A model generated the notes under the pieces. That model did no database searches. It was not told the origin of the DNA and saw nothing but the letters and a program-made list of their open reading frames with translations. The position numbers and the translations under genes are program-made. Positions 29,084-39,514 of a DNA stretch of 64,000 nt are shown piece after piece; position 1 is the stretch's first letter; each line of letters opens with the position of its first letter. Origin of the DNA: a virus; the IMG/VR virus record IMGVR_UViG_3300044641_002725, one strand, 5' to 3'.

Positions 29084-29578
29084 ATGAATAACGAATTGCC
29101 ACAAATTTATTGTGACATGGACCAAGTGTTAGTCAACTTTATGGGCGGTGCTAATAAAGTATTGACTGCACAAGGACTAGAATCTTTTCAACATACAGAA
29201 AAGGATGTCAAATGGGAAGCACTAAGTAAAGTGCCAAAGTTTTGGGCTAACTTAGAGCCTATGCCTGACGCAATGATGTTATGGAGATATATTAAACCGC
29301 ATAACCCGTATATACTATCTACTCCATCTAAACGCATGGCGACATGTAAACCAGAAAAGATTGAATGGATTAGAAAACATTTGGGTAATGTTGAACAGAT
29401 TTATCTTGTCCCAAGAGAAGATAAACAGAAATTCGCAGTAAATAAGGACGGAACTCGCAATCTTTTGATTGATGATTATGAAAAAAACATCAAAGAGTGG
29501 GTTGCAAAGGGCGGAATTGGAATACGACATATAAATAGTATGAACACTATTTCACAATTAAGAAAACTAGGATATTAA
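29084..29578 (+). CDS. HAD-family 5'(3')-deoxyribonucleotidase-like
   Basis: IYCDMDQVL, ILST, LLIDD. Confidence 0.85.
   Translation: MNNELPQIYCDMDQVLVNFMGGANKVLTAQGLESFQHTEKDVKWEALSKVPKFWANLEPMPDAMMLWRYIKPHNPYILSTPSKRMATCKPEKIEWIRKHLGNVEQIYLVPREDKQKFAVNKDGTRNLLIDDYEKNIKEWVAKGGIGIRHINSMNTISQLRKLGY
29530..29537 (+). promoter_or_regulatory. T4-type late promoter
   Basis: TATAAATA upstream of structural gene. Confidence 0.65.
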
Positions 29579-29593
29579 TAAAAGGAGAACACC

Positions 29594-30367
29594 ATGGCAC
29601 TATGGGGAAATAAAGAAGCACTTGCCTTAACAGGTACAGTAGCAACAACAAATGGATCATCTACTGTTACTGGCAGTAGCACAGTATTTTTAGATGAAGT
29701 TGATGTTGGTGATGTTATTACAATTAACAGCACATTCGCAAAAATTGTCGGAGTCACTAGCAATACTGCATTGACGATTAGTCCAGCTTGGGGAATCGCT
29801 AATACATCAGGTGTTAGTGCTACGCTAGAACAGTCACCAAAATGGCTTGCCGCTGGTTCTGATTTAACAGTACAAAGCATTGGTAAAGTCTTTGGCGTTG
29901 ATGTTAATGAAGCTACAGCTAACAATGAAATTCCTGGATGGGTTTACACAAACGTGTATACTGACATGCATGGAAACATTCGTAGAAAATCAGAAGTTCT
30001 TTGTACACTTGCTACAATTACTACTGACGCAGAAGACACAGTATATGCAGATTACAGACTTGTTATCGACACACAACCAGCAAGCAAAACTGTTACTGCC
30101 GGTAGTGCAAATACGTTCACTATCTCTGTAACATCTGTGCCAGCAGGCGCTACGATTAACTATCGTTGGCAACGTGCTGCCAATGCAAATGCGGCATTCG
30201 TTGATTTGACAAACAGTGGCACATGGACAAACACAACAGCGGCAACCGTAAACTTTGCAAACTCAACCCTTGCAGTAAGTGGTTCTATCTATCGTGTTCA
30301 AATGAACGCTACAGGCAATACTGCCGCAAATACAATATCTGCAAACGCAGTATTGACAATCGCTTAA
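29594..30367 (+). CDS. virion structural protein with C-terminal Ig-like domain
   Basis: MALWG start, PGWV..Y.D.HG..R.KSEVL, IDTQP...YRWQ...YRV Ig pattern. Confidence 0.7.
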   Translation: MALWGNKEALALTGTVATTNGSSTVTGSSTVFLDEVDVGDVITINSTFAKIVGVTSNTALTISPAWGIANTSGVSATLEQSPKWLAAGSDLTVQSIGKVFGVDVNEATANNEIPGWVYTNVYTDMHGNIRRKSEVLCTLATITTDAEDTVYADYRLVIDTQPASKTVTAGSANTFTISVTSVPAGATINYRWQRAANANAAFVDLTNSGTWTNTTAATVNFANSTLAVSGSIYRVQMNATGNTAANTISANAVLTIA

Positions 30368-30371
30368 TACA

Positions 30372-30393
30372 TGGGGACTTAGGTCCCCATTTT
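30372..30393 (+). terminator. intrinsic terminator
   Basis: TGGGGAC-TTAG-GTCCCCA-TTTT. Confidence 0.75.
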
Positions 30394-30453
30394 GATCCGA
30401 GTCCCGGAAGTAGCATTCCCATTCAATTGGGTTTAAAAAATTAAGGAAAAGAA

Positions 30454-30990
30454 ATGGCAGATAAAAAAGTCACGCAGTTAACAGCATTGACTGCACCAGC
30501 AAACACAGATTTGCTTTTAGTTATTGATGATCCAGCAGGATCGCCAATTAGTAAAAAGATTACGATTGAAGACTTGTTTGGTAAAACAACAGGTCTAAGT
30601 GTAACAACAATCAATCTTACATCAACTGGCGATACAACATTAGCCGCAAACAATTTTACTATTGATGCAACAACAAACATCACGTTAACCCGTGGTGTAG
30701 TAATCAATGAAGATGGTGCAGATAGCGATACACGAATTGAATCTGACAATCAAGTAAACATGTTTTATGTTGATGCTTCAGCAGACAAGATTGGTGTTAT
30801 GACTAATGCACCAACAGAAGCACTTGACATTAATTCTGACGCTATTCGTATTCGAACAACTCAAACTCCAGCAAGTTCAAATAATACTGCTGTTGGTTGG
30901 GGTGTAGGTACAATTGCTTGGGATACAAGTTATTTGTATGTTGCTGTTGATGCATCGACAATCAAGCGAGTGGCACTAAGCACCTTCTAA
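30454..30990 (+). CDS. fiber/virion structural protein
   Basis: MADKKVTQLTAL N-terminus; GTIAWDTSYLYV...KRVALS C-terminal fiber motif. Confidence 0.7.
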   Translation: MADKKVTQLTALTAPANTDLLLVIDDPAGSPISKKITIEDLFGKTTGLSVTTINLTSTGDTTLAANNFTIDATTNITLTRGVVINEDGADSDTRIESDNQVNMFYVDASADKIGVMTNAPTEALDINSDAIRIRTTQTPASSNNTAVGWGVGTIAWDTSYLYVAVDASTIKRVALSTF

Positions 30991-31346
30991 TGTCTACATT
31001 AAATAATGATAACTTTGATGAGTACGCAGTAAGCAACTACCTTAATCCTAACTGTATATCAGTTTTAGAGTTTTTGGATGATTTGAAAATCATCAAGTAT
31101 ATCAAAAGACTCATAAACAAATATGTAGATAAGAATGAGTTGAAAGAGAGATTGATTTTGAATCACATAATTTCTCTTTCAAATGTGTTTGGTGTTGAAG
31201 CGGCTGTCAATATGTTAAGGTTCAAGATAGATGCAGAGCATCACGATGTGTTGAATGCATTTTTAATCTATCTTGAGTATGTTAAATTGGAAGATATAGA
31301 AATTTTGGATTTAGCATTGTATAATAAATTAAAGAAGGTCATTTGA
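30990..31346 (+). CDS. conserved T4-like hypothetical protein
   Basis: Y.NP.C...EF.DDL..IKYIKRL...RLILNHII...NVFG. Confidence 0.75.
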   Translation: MSTLNNDNFDEYAVSNYLNPNCISVLEFLDDLKIIKYIKRLINKYVDKNELKERLILNHIISLSNVFGVEAAVNMLRFKIDAEHHDVLNAFLIYLEYVKLEDIEILDLALYNKLKKVI

Positions 31347-32386
31347 TGGCAAATTTAGTAGACTTATACTTAGTGTATAGAATTTTGAGATTGTTTACTA
31401 CTCCGTTCGCAGAGTGGGAAGCAAACAAAACTGGTGTTATTGATGACGAAGGAAACATTATTGTACCTTCAGAAAAAAGAACAATAGCACAAGACGATTC
31501 ATTCACTAAGTTCGACTTATTGATTCTAAAACTTAAACGAGTTTTGGAAAAATTGCCGTTTGGTAAAACTAAACTTGCGTCTTATGCGGCCGCCTTGTTC
31601 CTTCTCAAAGAAGAAAAGAATATTAAAGAAGAAACATTAGAAGAACAGTTCTTAGACTACTACAACGGCAAGACATATTTGTCAGAAGGCATAGAAGAAG
31701 ACATTGCAAACGTGACAGGTGGTATTGCAGGACTAGACGGTAACCCTCCAGCAAGCAAATCATTCTTACGTAGATTCGCAAAGAATGATGTGTTTGTTGT
31801 TGACACAGAACGTTTCAACAAAGCCCGTGTAGGTAAAAAGAAATATCTTAAATATGAAAAGTATGTTGGCAATGATGAAGTAGGAAATGCAATTCGTAAT
31901 TACGGCAGAAAATATCCTAAGAAACCAATCATTCTACAAGATGATAAAACAGGATCTATGATATTTTTAAGACATGGTCGTAGTGGTATGTTCACAGAGC
32001 AATTCAAAAAAGAGCAATTGGTTGAAGAAGTATCCCAATCTCAATTAAAAGACTTAGAGAAATATTTAGACCAATTGTTCAAAATATTAAATGTTGATGT
32101 GTCTTTCACTAAACATTTTTTAGATAGAGTTAACGATTCACGTAATGGTAAACCTATCACAGTAGATGAATTACAGTTGTTATTTAAAAAGACAATTCAA
32201 AAGTATGGCAAAAAGATTCCTGCATTAGGACCTGATGCTGAAGCGGTATTGAATGACATGAAGACACAGATTAACTTACCATTCGTATTGAAATGGGATA
32301 GAGATTCTGAAGAGTTAGATTTGGTAGCAAAGACAGTTATGCGTAAGAAGAATTTTATGACGCATAATCAAAAATTCACAGTATAA
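31346..32386 (+). CDS. conserved T4-like hypothetical protein, probable head-associated
   Basis: DLYLVYRILRLFTTPF, LASYAAALFLLKE; LSE/LVE sites; C-terminal HFLDRVND domain. Confidence 0.7.
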   Translation: MANLVDLYLVYRILRLFTTPFAEWEANKTGVIDDEGNIIVPSEKRTIAQDDSFTKFDLLILKLKRVLEKLPFGKTKLASYAAALFLLKEEKNIKEETLEEQFLDYYNGKTYLSEGIEEDIANVTGGIAGLDGNPPASKSFLRRFAKNDVFVVDTERFNKARVGKKKYLKYEKYVGNDEVGNAIRNYGRKYPKKPIILQDDKTGSMIFLRHGRSGMFTEQFKKEQLVEEVSQSQLKDLEKYLDQLFKILNVDVSFTKHFLDRVNDSRNGKPITVDELQLLFKKTIQKYGKKIPALGPDAEAVLNDMKTQINLPFVLKWDRDSEELDLVAKTVMRKKNFMTHNQKFTV

Positions 32387-32395
32387 GGAAACGAT

Positions 32396-32515
32396 ATGTT
32401 AGAAACAATTTTTTGGATTTTAGTTGGTGCGTTTGCAGGTTGGCACTTTCCTCAACCAGAGTGGGCTAAGGCTTTAGAAACTAAAGTACGTTCACTATTC
32501 GCATCTAAAGAGTAA
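32396..32515 (+). CDS. small membrane peptide (39 aa)
   Basis: AAGGA RBS; MLETIFWILVGAFAGWHFPQPEWAK...; not in ORF track. Confidence 0.65.
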   Translation: MLETIFWILVGAFAGWHFPQPEWAKALETKVRSLFASKE

Positions 32516-32520
32516 TTGTC

Positions 32521-32985
32521 ATGTGGCAGATTATGTGGTTACTGAGTTTGATGCCCGATTGGTTTTACCATCTGATTGTTATTGTTTCATTACTAGGGTT
32601 GATTGTTGCAACCGTATTTAAGTTCATACCATATAGATTGCCTATTCAAGTTTTTGGTGCATTGCTATTACTATTCGGTATTTGGATGGAAGGCGGCATT
32701 GTGAACGAAGCTAAGTGGGAAGCAAGGGTAAAAGAGTTAGAAGAGAAAGTTAAGATAGCAGAAGAAAAATCTACAGAGAAGAATGTCGAGATACAAGAGA
32801 AAGTCGTTACCCAAACTAAAGTAGTTAGAGAAAAGGGAAGAGACATTATACAATACATCGACAGAGAAGTGGTGAAGAAGGAAGAAGTGGTTAAGTTTAT
32901 AGAGAATTGCCCAATACCCAAAGATATTATAGATGCTCACAATGCTGCCGCCACTTTAAATAAAGCGACAGAGGTGAAGAAATGA
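32521..32985 (+). CDS. i-spanin (Rz-like)
   Basis: N-terminal TM segments, coiled coil, C-terminal Cys; overlaps lipoprotein gene. Confidence 0.7.
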   Translation: MWQIMWLLSLMPDWFYHLIVIVSLLGLIVATVFKFIPYRLPIQVFGALLLLFGIWMEGGIVNEAKWEARVKELEEKVKIAEEKSTEKNVEIQEKVVTQTKVVREKGRDIIQYIDREVVKKEEVVKFIENCPIPKDIIDAHNAAATLNKATEVKK

Positions 32986-33248
32986 AAACGTTAGCATGTT
33001 TATTGCTTATATTATTAGCTGGGTGTACAACTGTCGTTCCAGTGACACAGAAGTTTCCAGCCGCAATTCCTGCATTAACTGAAAAGTGCGAAGACTTAAG
33101 AAAGATTGAAGGTAATAAAGTTGCTATTACTGACATGTTAAAAACAATCGTTGAAAACTATTCATTATACTATCAATGTTCTGCTAAGGTAGACGGATGG
33201 AATGAGTGGTATCAACAACAGAAAAAAATATATGAGGCTGTTAAATGA
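32982..33248 (+). CDS. o-spanin (Rz1-like lipoprotein)
   Basis: lipobox LAGC; Pro-rich; NYSLYYQC. Confidence 0.75.
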   Translation: MKTLACLLLILLAGCTTVVPVTQKFPAAIPALTEKCEDLRKIEGNKVAITDMLKTIVENYSLYYQCSAKVDGWNEWYQQQKKIYEAVK

Positions 33249-33508
33249 AAAATATTATTATAGTGATTGCTGGACTTTTATTAGTCGGTTGTGCTTCTAA
33301 AGATTATGCGGCATATGTTGACGCACAAAAGTCTATGTCTAAAGACGCAACATTAACAGAGACTGCAAGACTGTCTGCATTAGCAGAAATGGCAAAGAGT
33401 AATGATCCATCTGTACGTGCTACGGGCATCATGCTATTGCAACAACTGCAACAAGGTAGTAAACCTGTTGTCATTGAGCCTCCTAAGAAAAATTGGTTGG
33501 GACTATGA
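33245..33508 (+). CDS. lipoprotein
   Basis: lipobox LVGC. Confidence 0.7.
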   Translation: MKNIIIVIAGLLLVGCASKDYAAYVDAQKSMSKDATLTETARLSALAEMAKSNDPSVRATGIMLLQQLQQGSKPVVIEPPKKNWLGL

Positions 33509-33939
33509 TGGCGACAGATGCGGTAGAAATAAAAGTTGATGTGGAAGTACTTAAGAGTCAAGTATTGACAATCACACAACTTTGTGGTAAAATGGACTCA
33601 GTTATCGAGAAACTGGTGGATAACCACGACCGTATGGTCAATCAAATATATACCGACATGGAAAAAAGAAAAGCAGACACTAACGCTGATATCAAAGAAT
33701 TACATTCTAGAATTACCACTATCAGCAGAGAAGTTGCAGATAAGGTTGAATTGACAGAGCGTAGGATTATGGACGAGATTAAATCTCTCCGTGAAGATAT
33801 CGCAGAACACAATAAAAAAGAAGATGATGACTTGAGAAAAATTCTTCAGTGGAAGTGGATGGTAGCTGGTGGTGTAGTTGTCCTTGCTTGGGTAATCTCC
33901 AACGTAAACTTAGCCGCACTATCAAAAGTATTTAATTAA
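33505..33939 (+). CDS. coiled-coil protein with C-terminal TM helix
   Basis: heptad-rich, WKWMVAGGVVVLAW anchor. Confidence 0.7.
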   Translation: MMATDAVEIKVDVEVLKSQVLTITQLCGKMDSVIEKLVDNHDRMVNQIYTDMEKRKADTNADIKELHSRITTISREVADKVELTERRIMDEIKSLREDIAEHNKKEDDDLRKILQWKWMVAGGVVVLAWVISNVNLAALSKVFN

Positions 33940-33976
33940 TTGACTTCCAGTTGAATGTACGCTATAATGTACATTC
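33940..33976 (+). promoter_or_regulatory. primase promoter with inverted repeat flanking -10
   Basis: TTGACT-17-TATAAT; GAATGTAC...GTACATTC. Confidence 0.7.
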
Positions 33977-34005
33977 GATAGACTTTTTGTATATAATGAG
34001 AAAAT

Positions 34006-35028
34006 ATGAGTATTTGGATTGACCAAAAGTACATTGGTACACTCTCGGTTCGCTTGGACAAATTTGTTCGCAAAGGCGACTACACCTATAACTTCAGATG
34101 CCCTATCTGTGGTGATTCACAAACAAATCGGAACAAAGCACGTGGATACATCTTTGCACAAAAAGGTGGACTCTTCTACAAGTGCCACAATTGTGCCGTC
34201 AGCATTTCGCTGGGCAGTCTAATCAAAGCAGTTGACCCAAACCTTTACAAAGAGTATTGCTTAGAGCGATACAAAGAAGGTGAGACTGGGCGCAAAGCAC
34301 ACAAAGACCACGGATTCGTTTTTAAGCCTGTTGTATTTGGCAGTAACAAAACAGACAATCTAAAAGGCGTTTTGACTTCACTCTCTAAACTCAGCGATAC
34401 ACATGAAGCTATCGTATACGCACGTTCTAGAAAGATTCCAGAAGCTAAATTAAAGACACTCTACTACGTTGACAATGTTCAGAAGTTGAAAGTCTTTTCT
34501 CCTGAGTATGAAGACAAGATTGTAACTGAAGAACCTAGAATTGTATTGCCGTTCTATGACAAAGATGGCGAGTTGGTTGGCTTAACTGCACGTGGTATTC
34601 GTGGTGAGAAGTTACGATATATCGTGATGAAAATAAAAGATGATTCGCCCATGATTTTCAACATGAACGACATAGATATAACACAGACTATTTTTGTGAC
34701 TGAAGGTCCGATTGATAGTCTATTCTTGCCTAATGCAGTTGCAGTTGGTAATGCAAATCTGAAGTATGTACTTAATCACTTACCGAAAGATAAGTTGGTG
34801 TTGATCTACGACAATGAACCACGCAATAAAGAAATTGTAAGAGAGATTGGTGATGCAATTAATGCTGATGCAAATGTTGTGATCTGGCCTAAATCATTTA
34901 AAGAAAAAGATATAAATGATATGATACTAGCTGGAAAAGCACAGGCCGAAATCTTGAATACTATAAATAAATTCACCTTTCGTGGTCCTAAAGCACTACT
35001 TGAATTCAACATATGGAAGATGAGATGA
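34006..35028 (+). CDS. 61: DNA primase gp61
   Basis: NFRCPICGDS..KARG, CHNC, EGPIDS, DNEPRN, KDINDM. Confidence 0.96.
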   Translation: MSIWIDQKYIGTLSVRLDKFVRKGDYTYNFRCPICGDSQTNRNKARGYIFAQKGGLFYKCHNCAVSISLGSLIKAVDPNLYKEYCLERYKEGETGRKAHKDHGFVFKPVVFGSNKTDNLKGVLTSLSKLSDTHEAIVYARSRKIPEAKLKTLYYVDNVQKLKVFSPEYEDKIVTEEPRIVLPFYDKDGELVGLTARGIRGEKLRYIVMKIKDDSPMIFNMNDIDITQTIFVTEGPIDSLFLPNAVAVGNANLKYVLNHLPKDKLVLIYDNEPRNKEIVREIGDAINADANVVIWPKSFKEKDINDMILAGKAQAEILNTINKFTFRGPKALLEFNIWKMR

Positions 35029-35732
35029 ACGTAAAATTAATAAGTTATTCACAACAAGCGATTGATGCAGACAAACAAGATGAATTCGAATTCGATTTAC
35101 CCAACTTACAAGACCTTGTATCATACTGTGCAAGAGTATCTAATCCCGCCAATCAAGCTAATAGCGAGACTTCAGAGAAACTAATTAAGTATCTGATTAA
35201 GCATAAGCATTGGAGTCCACTTGAAATGGTCTCCGCATGTATTGAAGTTGAGACAACAAGAGATATCGCAAGACAACTCTTAAGGCATAGAAGTTTTTCG
35301 TTTCAAGAATTCAGTCAACGTTATGCTGATCCAACAGCCGAACTTGATGATGCATTTGTTTTACGTGAAGCAAGATTGCAAGACACAAAGAATCGTCAGA
35401 ATTCTGTAGAACTTGATATGTCTGATGAAAAACAAAGACTGTTAGCATACGATTGGGAACGGGCTCAAAAGCGAGTATTGTATGCAGTTAAAAAAGAATA
35501 TGAATGGGCCATCAAGAATGGCATTGCAAAAGAACAAGCAAGAGCAGTATTGCCAGAAGGACTTACTGTATCAAGATTGTATGTAAATGGTACACTTAGA
35601 TCATGGATTCACTATATTGATTTGAGAGATGGTAATGGAACACAAAAAGAACACGCAGAAATTGCAAGAGCATGTGCAGAAGTAATTGCAAAAGTATTTC
35701 CAATAATTAAAAGTATACGAGAAGGAACTTGA
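35025..35732 (+). CDS. thyX: flavin-dependent thymidylate synthase
   Basis: HWSPLE, RHRSFSFQEFSQRY, AR.VLP, QKEH. Confidence 0.96.
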   Translation: MNVKLISYSQQAIDADKQDEFEFDLPNLQDLVSYCARVSNPANQANSETSEKLIKYLIKHKHWSPLEMVSACIEVETTRDIARQLLRHRSFSFQEFSQRYADPTAELDDAFVLREARLQDTKNRQNSVELDMSDEKQRLLAYDWERAQKRVLYAVKKEYEWAIKNGIAKEQARAVLPEGLTVSRLYVNGTLRSWIHYIDLRDGNGTQKEHAEIARACAEVIAKVFPIIKSIREGT

Positions 35733-37514
35733 ATGACAACTGATATTGTAATCGACTATAGTAGAGATTCGCTATTCGATGAGTTGGGTATTAAAAGATT
35801 GAAAGAAAGTTATATGAGAGAAGATGAAACTTCTCCACAAGAAAGGTTTGCTTATGTCTCAGAAGCGTTTGGTAGCAATCCAGAACACGCACAGCGATTA
35901 TACGAATACAGCAGTAGGCATTGGTTGTCTTATTCTACTCCCATTCTTTCTTTTGGTCGCAGTAGTCGTGGGCTCCCTATTTCGTGTTTTCTTCCATATC
36001 TACACGATAGTGCAGAGGGTCTTGTTAACTGTCTTGCAGAAGTAAATTGGCTCAGTATGTTGGGCGGAGGAGTTGGAATTGGAATTGGAATACGTAGTTC
36101 AGATGACAAGAGCGTTGGGGTTATGCCTCATCTTAGGACTTATGACGCTAGTAGTTTGGCATACAGACAAGGGCGGACAAGGCGGGGGTCTTATGCTACT
36201 TATCTTGATATATCTCATCCCGATATTCTTTTATTTTTAGAAATGAGAAAGCCTACGGGCGATCCAAATCTGCGAACACTTAATTTACATCACGGCATCA
36301 ACATTCCAGATTCATTCATGCAAATTATTGAACGATGTATGCTAGATAAAGACGCAGATGATTCTTGGGAATTAAAAGATCCACATAGCAATGAAGTGCG
36401 TGAAGTAGTTTCAGCAAAAGATTTGTGGCAACGTATACTTGACATTCGTATGCAGACTGGTGAACCATATCTACACTTCATTGACGCAAGCAATCGTGCT
36501 ATGCCACAGTTTCAAAAAGACTTAGGGCTAAGTATCAAGCAGAGCAATCTTTGTTCTGAAATTATTTTACCTACAGATAAAGATAGAACAGCAGTATGTT
36601 GTTTGTCTTCAGTTAACTTGGAGTATTATGATGAATGGAAAAATAATCCTTTATTTCTTGCTGATATTGCTGAAATGCTTGACAATGTTCTTCAGTATTT
36701 TATTGATAATGCTCCTGCCGCCGTTGAACGTGCAAGGTTCTCTGCCATACGTGAGCGCAGTATTGGTATCGGTGCTTTGGGCTTTCATGCTTATCTACAA
36801 CGAAATAACGTGCCGTTTGAATCCGCACTCGCAGTCGGAAGAAACAAACAAATCTTCAAACACATCAGGGATGAATTAAATGTGGCGAATCTTAAATTGG
36901 GTAAAGAGCGAGGTGAGGCTCTTGATGCTGTTGGCACTGGTCAACGTTTTAGCCATCTTATGGCTGTTGCTCCAAATGCTTCTTCGTCTATCATCATGGG
37001 AAATACTAGCCCTAGTATCGAACCTTATCGTGCTAATGCTTATCGTCAGGACACTCTATCGGGCTCATCTCTAGCCAAAAACAAATGGCTTGACAGAATC
37101 ATCAAAAGTGTAGTAAAATCAGATGATGAATATCAGACAGTTTGGTCTAGCATTATCGCAAATGATGGTAGTGTACAGCACTTAGATATTCTTGATGATT
37201 GGACTAAAGATGTATTCAAGACTTCTATGGAGATTGACCAGCGTTGGCTAGTGAATCATGCCGCAGATAGACAAGAGTATATCGACCAAGCACAATCATT
37301 GAATTTGTTTTTCAGGCCTGATGTGAACATCATGTATCTACATGCAGTACACTTTCAAGCATGGAAGCAAGGTCTCAAAACATTGTACTACTGCCGTTCA
37401 GAAAAGATTGGTAAAGCAGACAAAGTTTCAAAACGTATTGAACGTGAAGTAATTAAAGAACTCGACATGAAAGCACTCATTGATGGTGATGCATGTCTCG
37501 CATGTGAAGGATAA
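35733..37514 (+). CDS. nrdA: class I ribonucleotide reductase alpha subunit (no ATP cone)
   Basis: PISCF, SNLCSEI, CCLSS, APNASSS, KTLYY, C-terminal CLACEG. Confidence 0.95.
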   Translation: MTTDIVIDYSRDSLFDELGIKRLKESYMREDETSPQERFAYVSEAFGSNPEHAQRLYEYSSRHWLSYSTPILSFGRSSRGLPISCFLPYLHDSAEGLVNCLAEVNWLSMLGGGVGIGIGIRSSDDKSVGVMPHLRTYDASSLAYRQGRTRRGSYATYLDISHPDILLFLEMRKPTGDPNLRTLNLHHGINIPDSFMQIIERCMLDKDADDSWELKDPHSNEVREVVSAKDLWQRILDIRMQTGEPYLHFIDASNRAMPQFQKDLGLSIKQSNLCSEIILPTDKDRTAVCCLSSVNLEYYDEWKNNPLFLADIAEMLDNVLQYFIDNAPAAVERARFSAIRERSIGIGALGFHAYLQRNNVPFESALAVGRNKQIFKHIRDELNVANLKLGKERGEALDAVGTGQRFSHLMAVAPNASSSIIMGNTSPSIEPYRANAYRQDTLSGSSLAKNKWLDRIIKSVVKSDDEYQTVWSSIIANDGSVQHLDILDDWTKDVFKTSMEIDQRWLVNHAADRQEYIDQAQSLNLFFRPDVNIMYLHAVHFQAWKQGLKTLYYCRSEKIGKADKVSKRIEREVIKELDMKALIDGDACLACEG

Positions 37515-37518
37515 AAAA

Positions 37519-37761
37519 ATGAAAGTACTTAGATTTACAGCATCATGGTGTCAGCCATGTAAGATGTTAGCAAAAACATTAGAAGACGTTGAGACTCAAA
37601 TTCCAATTGAAGTTATTGATATCGATGAGAATCAAGGCCTTGCAATGGACTATGGCATTCGTGGTGTTCCAACTTTAGTAATGTTAGATGGTGACATTGA
37701 AGTTAAACGAGTTTCTGGTATGCTGATGAAAAATCAATTAGCTGAATGGTTGGGTGCTTAA
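37519..37761 (+). CDS. thioredoxin
   Basis: WCQPCK, IRGVPT. Confidence 0.93.
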   Translation: MKVLRFTASWCQPCKMLAKTLEDVETQIPIEVIDIDENQGLAMDYGIRGVPTLVMLDGDIEVKRVSGMLMKNQLAEWLGA

Positions 37762-38064
37762 ATGGAATGGAATTTTGGCGTAATAGAAGTAATTTTTCTT
37801 GTCAGTTGTATCATTATCTTCATTCAGAATAGAATGAAAAGATCAGAAACTGAAATTGATAGAATACTGAGAGAAGCTGAACAAGTTAAACACACACATG
37901 CTGAAGTTATTTATATAAGAAGTGAGATTCACGATGATGAGATTTTTATTTGGGATGTTGCTGATAATACTTTTCTTTCGCAGGGAAAAACTTTTGAAGA
38001 TGCGATGACAAAATTTATGAAAAACAATCCTAATAAACAACTAAAAATTAAGGTAGTAGAATGA
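37762..38064 (+). CDS. hypothetical membrane-anchored protein
   Basis: N-terminal TM; FLSQG motif. Confidence 0.65.
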   Translation: MEWNFGVIEVIFLVSCIIIFIQNRMKRSETEIDRILREAEQVKHTHAEVIYIRSEIHDDEIFIWDVADNTFLSQGKTFEDAMTKFMKNNPNKQLKIKVVE

Positions 38065-39056
38065 GTGTAACAAAAATAAAAAGTAATTTGATGGACAGCA
38101 GAGATGCATTCAAGCCATTTAATTATCCGTGGGCATATGATGCATGGTTAAAACACGAACAGAGTCATTGGCTACATACAGAAGTGCCAATGGCTGAAGA
38201 CGTAAAAGATTGGAAGAAAAAGTTAACAACAGAAGAGAAACATTTTCTCACAAACATCTTTCGATTCTTTACTCAAGGTGACATTGACGTTGCTGGTGGT
38301 TATGTAAAAAACTATCTACCATACTTCAAACAACCAGAAGTACGTATGATGTTGCTTGGCTTTGCCGCTAGAGAAGCATTACACGTGGCTGCCTATTCAC
38401 ACTTGATTGAAACATTGGGTCTGCCAGACACAACATATAACGAATTCTTAGCATATCAAGAAATGAAAGACAAGCACGATTATGTGCTAGACATTTCAGA
38501 TAAGAATGGTGACTTGCAATCTACTGCTACACACATTGCAGTATTCTCAGCATTCACAGAAGGTATGCAGTTGTTCTCTTCATTCATTATGCTTTTGAAC
38601 TTTCCACGCACGGGTAAGATGAAAGGCATGGGACAAATTGTTACTTGGTCTATCGTAGATGAGACACAGCATTGTGAGTCTATGATTAAACTCTTTAGAA
38701 CATTCATTCAAGAGAATAACGAAATTTGGAATGATGAACTAAAATCTAAGATATATACTATTGCAGAACGAATGGTAGAACTTGAAGATAAGTTTATCGA
38801 CTTAGCTTTTGGCATTAGCGAAATGGAAGGCCTTACTGCTGAAGAAGTTAAGAAATACATTAGATACATTGCAGACAGACGCTTAATTAGTCTTGGTCTG
38901 AAAGGTATCTTTAAAGTTAAACGAAATCCACTACCATGGGTTGAAGAAATGATTAATGCGCCAACGCATACCAATTTCTTTGAGAACCGTGCTACAGATT
39001 ACGCAAAAGGTGCTACAAAAGGTGATTGGGCTGACGTTTGGGGCAAAGCCGCATGA
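38061..39056 (+). CDS. nrdB: class Ia ribonucleotide reductase beta subunit
   Basis: FFTQGD, EALHVAAY (radical Tyr), EGMQLFSSF, DETQH, NFFE..ATDY. Confidence 0.96.
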   Translation: MSVTKIKSNLMDSRDAFKPFNYPWAYDAWLKHEQSHWLHTEVPMAEDVKDWKKKLTTEEKHFLTNIFRFFTQGDIDVAGGYVKNYLPYFKQPEVRMMLLGFAAREALHVAAYSHLIETLGLPDTTYNEFLAYQEMKDKHDYVLDISDKNGDLQSTATHIAVFSAFTEGMQLFSSFIMLLNFPRTGKMKGMGQIVTWSIVDETQHCESMIKLFRTFIQENNEIWNDELKSKIYTIAERMVELEDKFIDLAFGISEMEGLTAEEVKKYIRYIADRRLISLGLKGIFKVKRNPLPWVEEMINAPTHTNFFENRATDYAKGATKGDWADVWGKAA

Positions 39057-39100
39057 TAAATAGAACATGCAATATCAAAAACCCCTATTAGGAGAAAAAA

Positions 39101-39514
39101 ATGGCAACTGTAACAAAATATCATCTAACGATTACTCAGACAAGACCAGATACCGATACCCTTTGGTATAACAGAGAAAGTAATGATGAATGGAATCGTT
39201 CGTGGAAAGCATTTAATTACTATGATGTAGAAACAAGAATAGATCAAGGTTTGCTTGAAGATCAAGAACCATACACAACAATGATTGCACATGCAAAAAT
39301 TATTGGAGTACAACCTGAAATGATCTCGGATGATATGTTGACAAAAACACGTAAATACACTAATATATCTAAAGATGTGTGCGATGAATTCATTGCTTTG
39401 TTGAACGATGATGAATCGGATCTTTCTGGCGAAAGAAGATACAATGAGGGACATGGAATTACATATGAACTTGCTACTGAAGAAGAAGTACAGGAGATTG
39501 AAGCAACACCATGA
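39101..39514 (+). CDS. hypothetical protein
   Basis: AGGAG RBS, 137 aa. Confidence 0.7.
   Translation: MATVTKYHLTITQTRPDTDTLWYNRESNDEWNRSWKAFNYYDVETRIDQGLLEDQEPYTTMIAHAKIIGVQPEMISDDMLTKTRKYTNISKDVCDEFIALLNDDESDLSGERRYNEGHGITYELATEEEVQEIEATP

Noticed and set aside
30394-30440. GC-rich stretch after the terminator with AGTCCC complementary to the terminator 5' arm
   Set aside because: Lies downstream of the U-tract so cannot act as an antiterminator; only 6 bp; not supportable without homologs.
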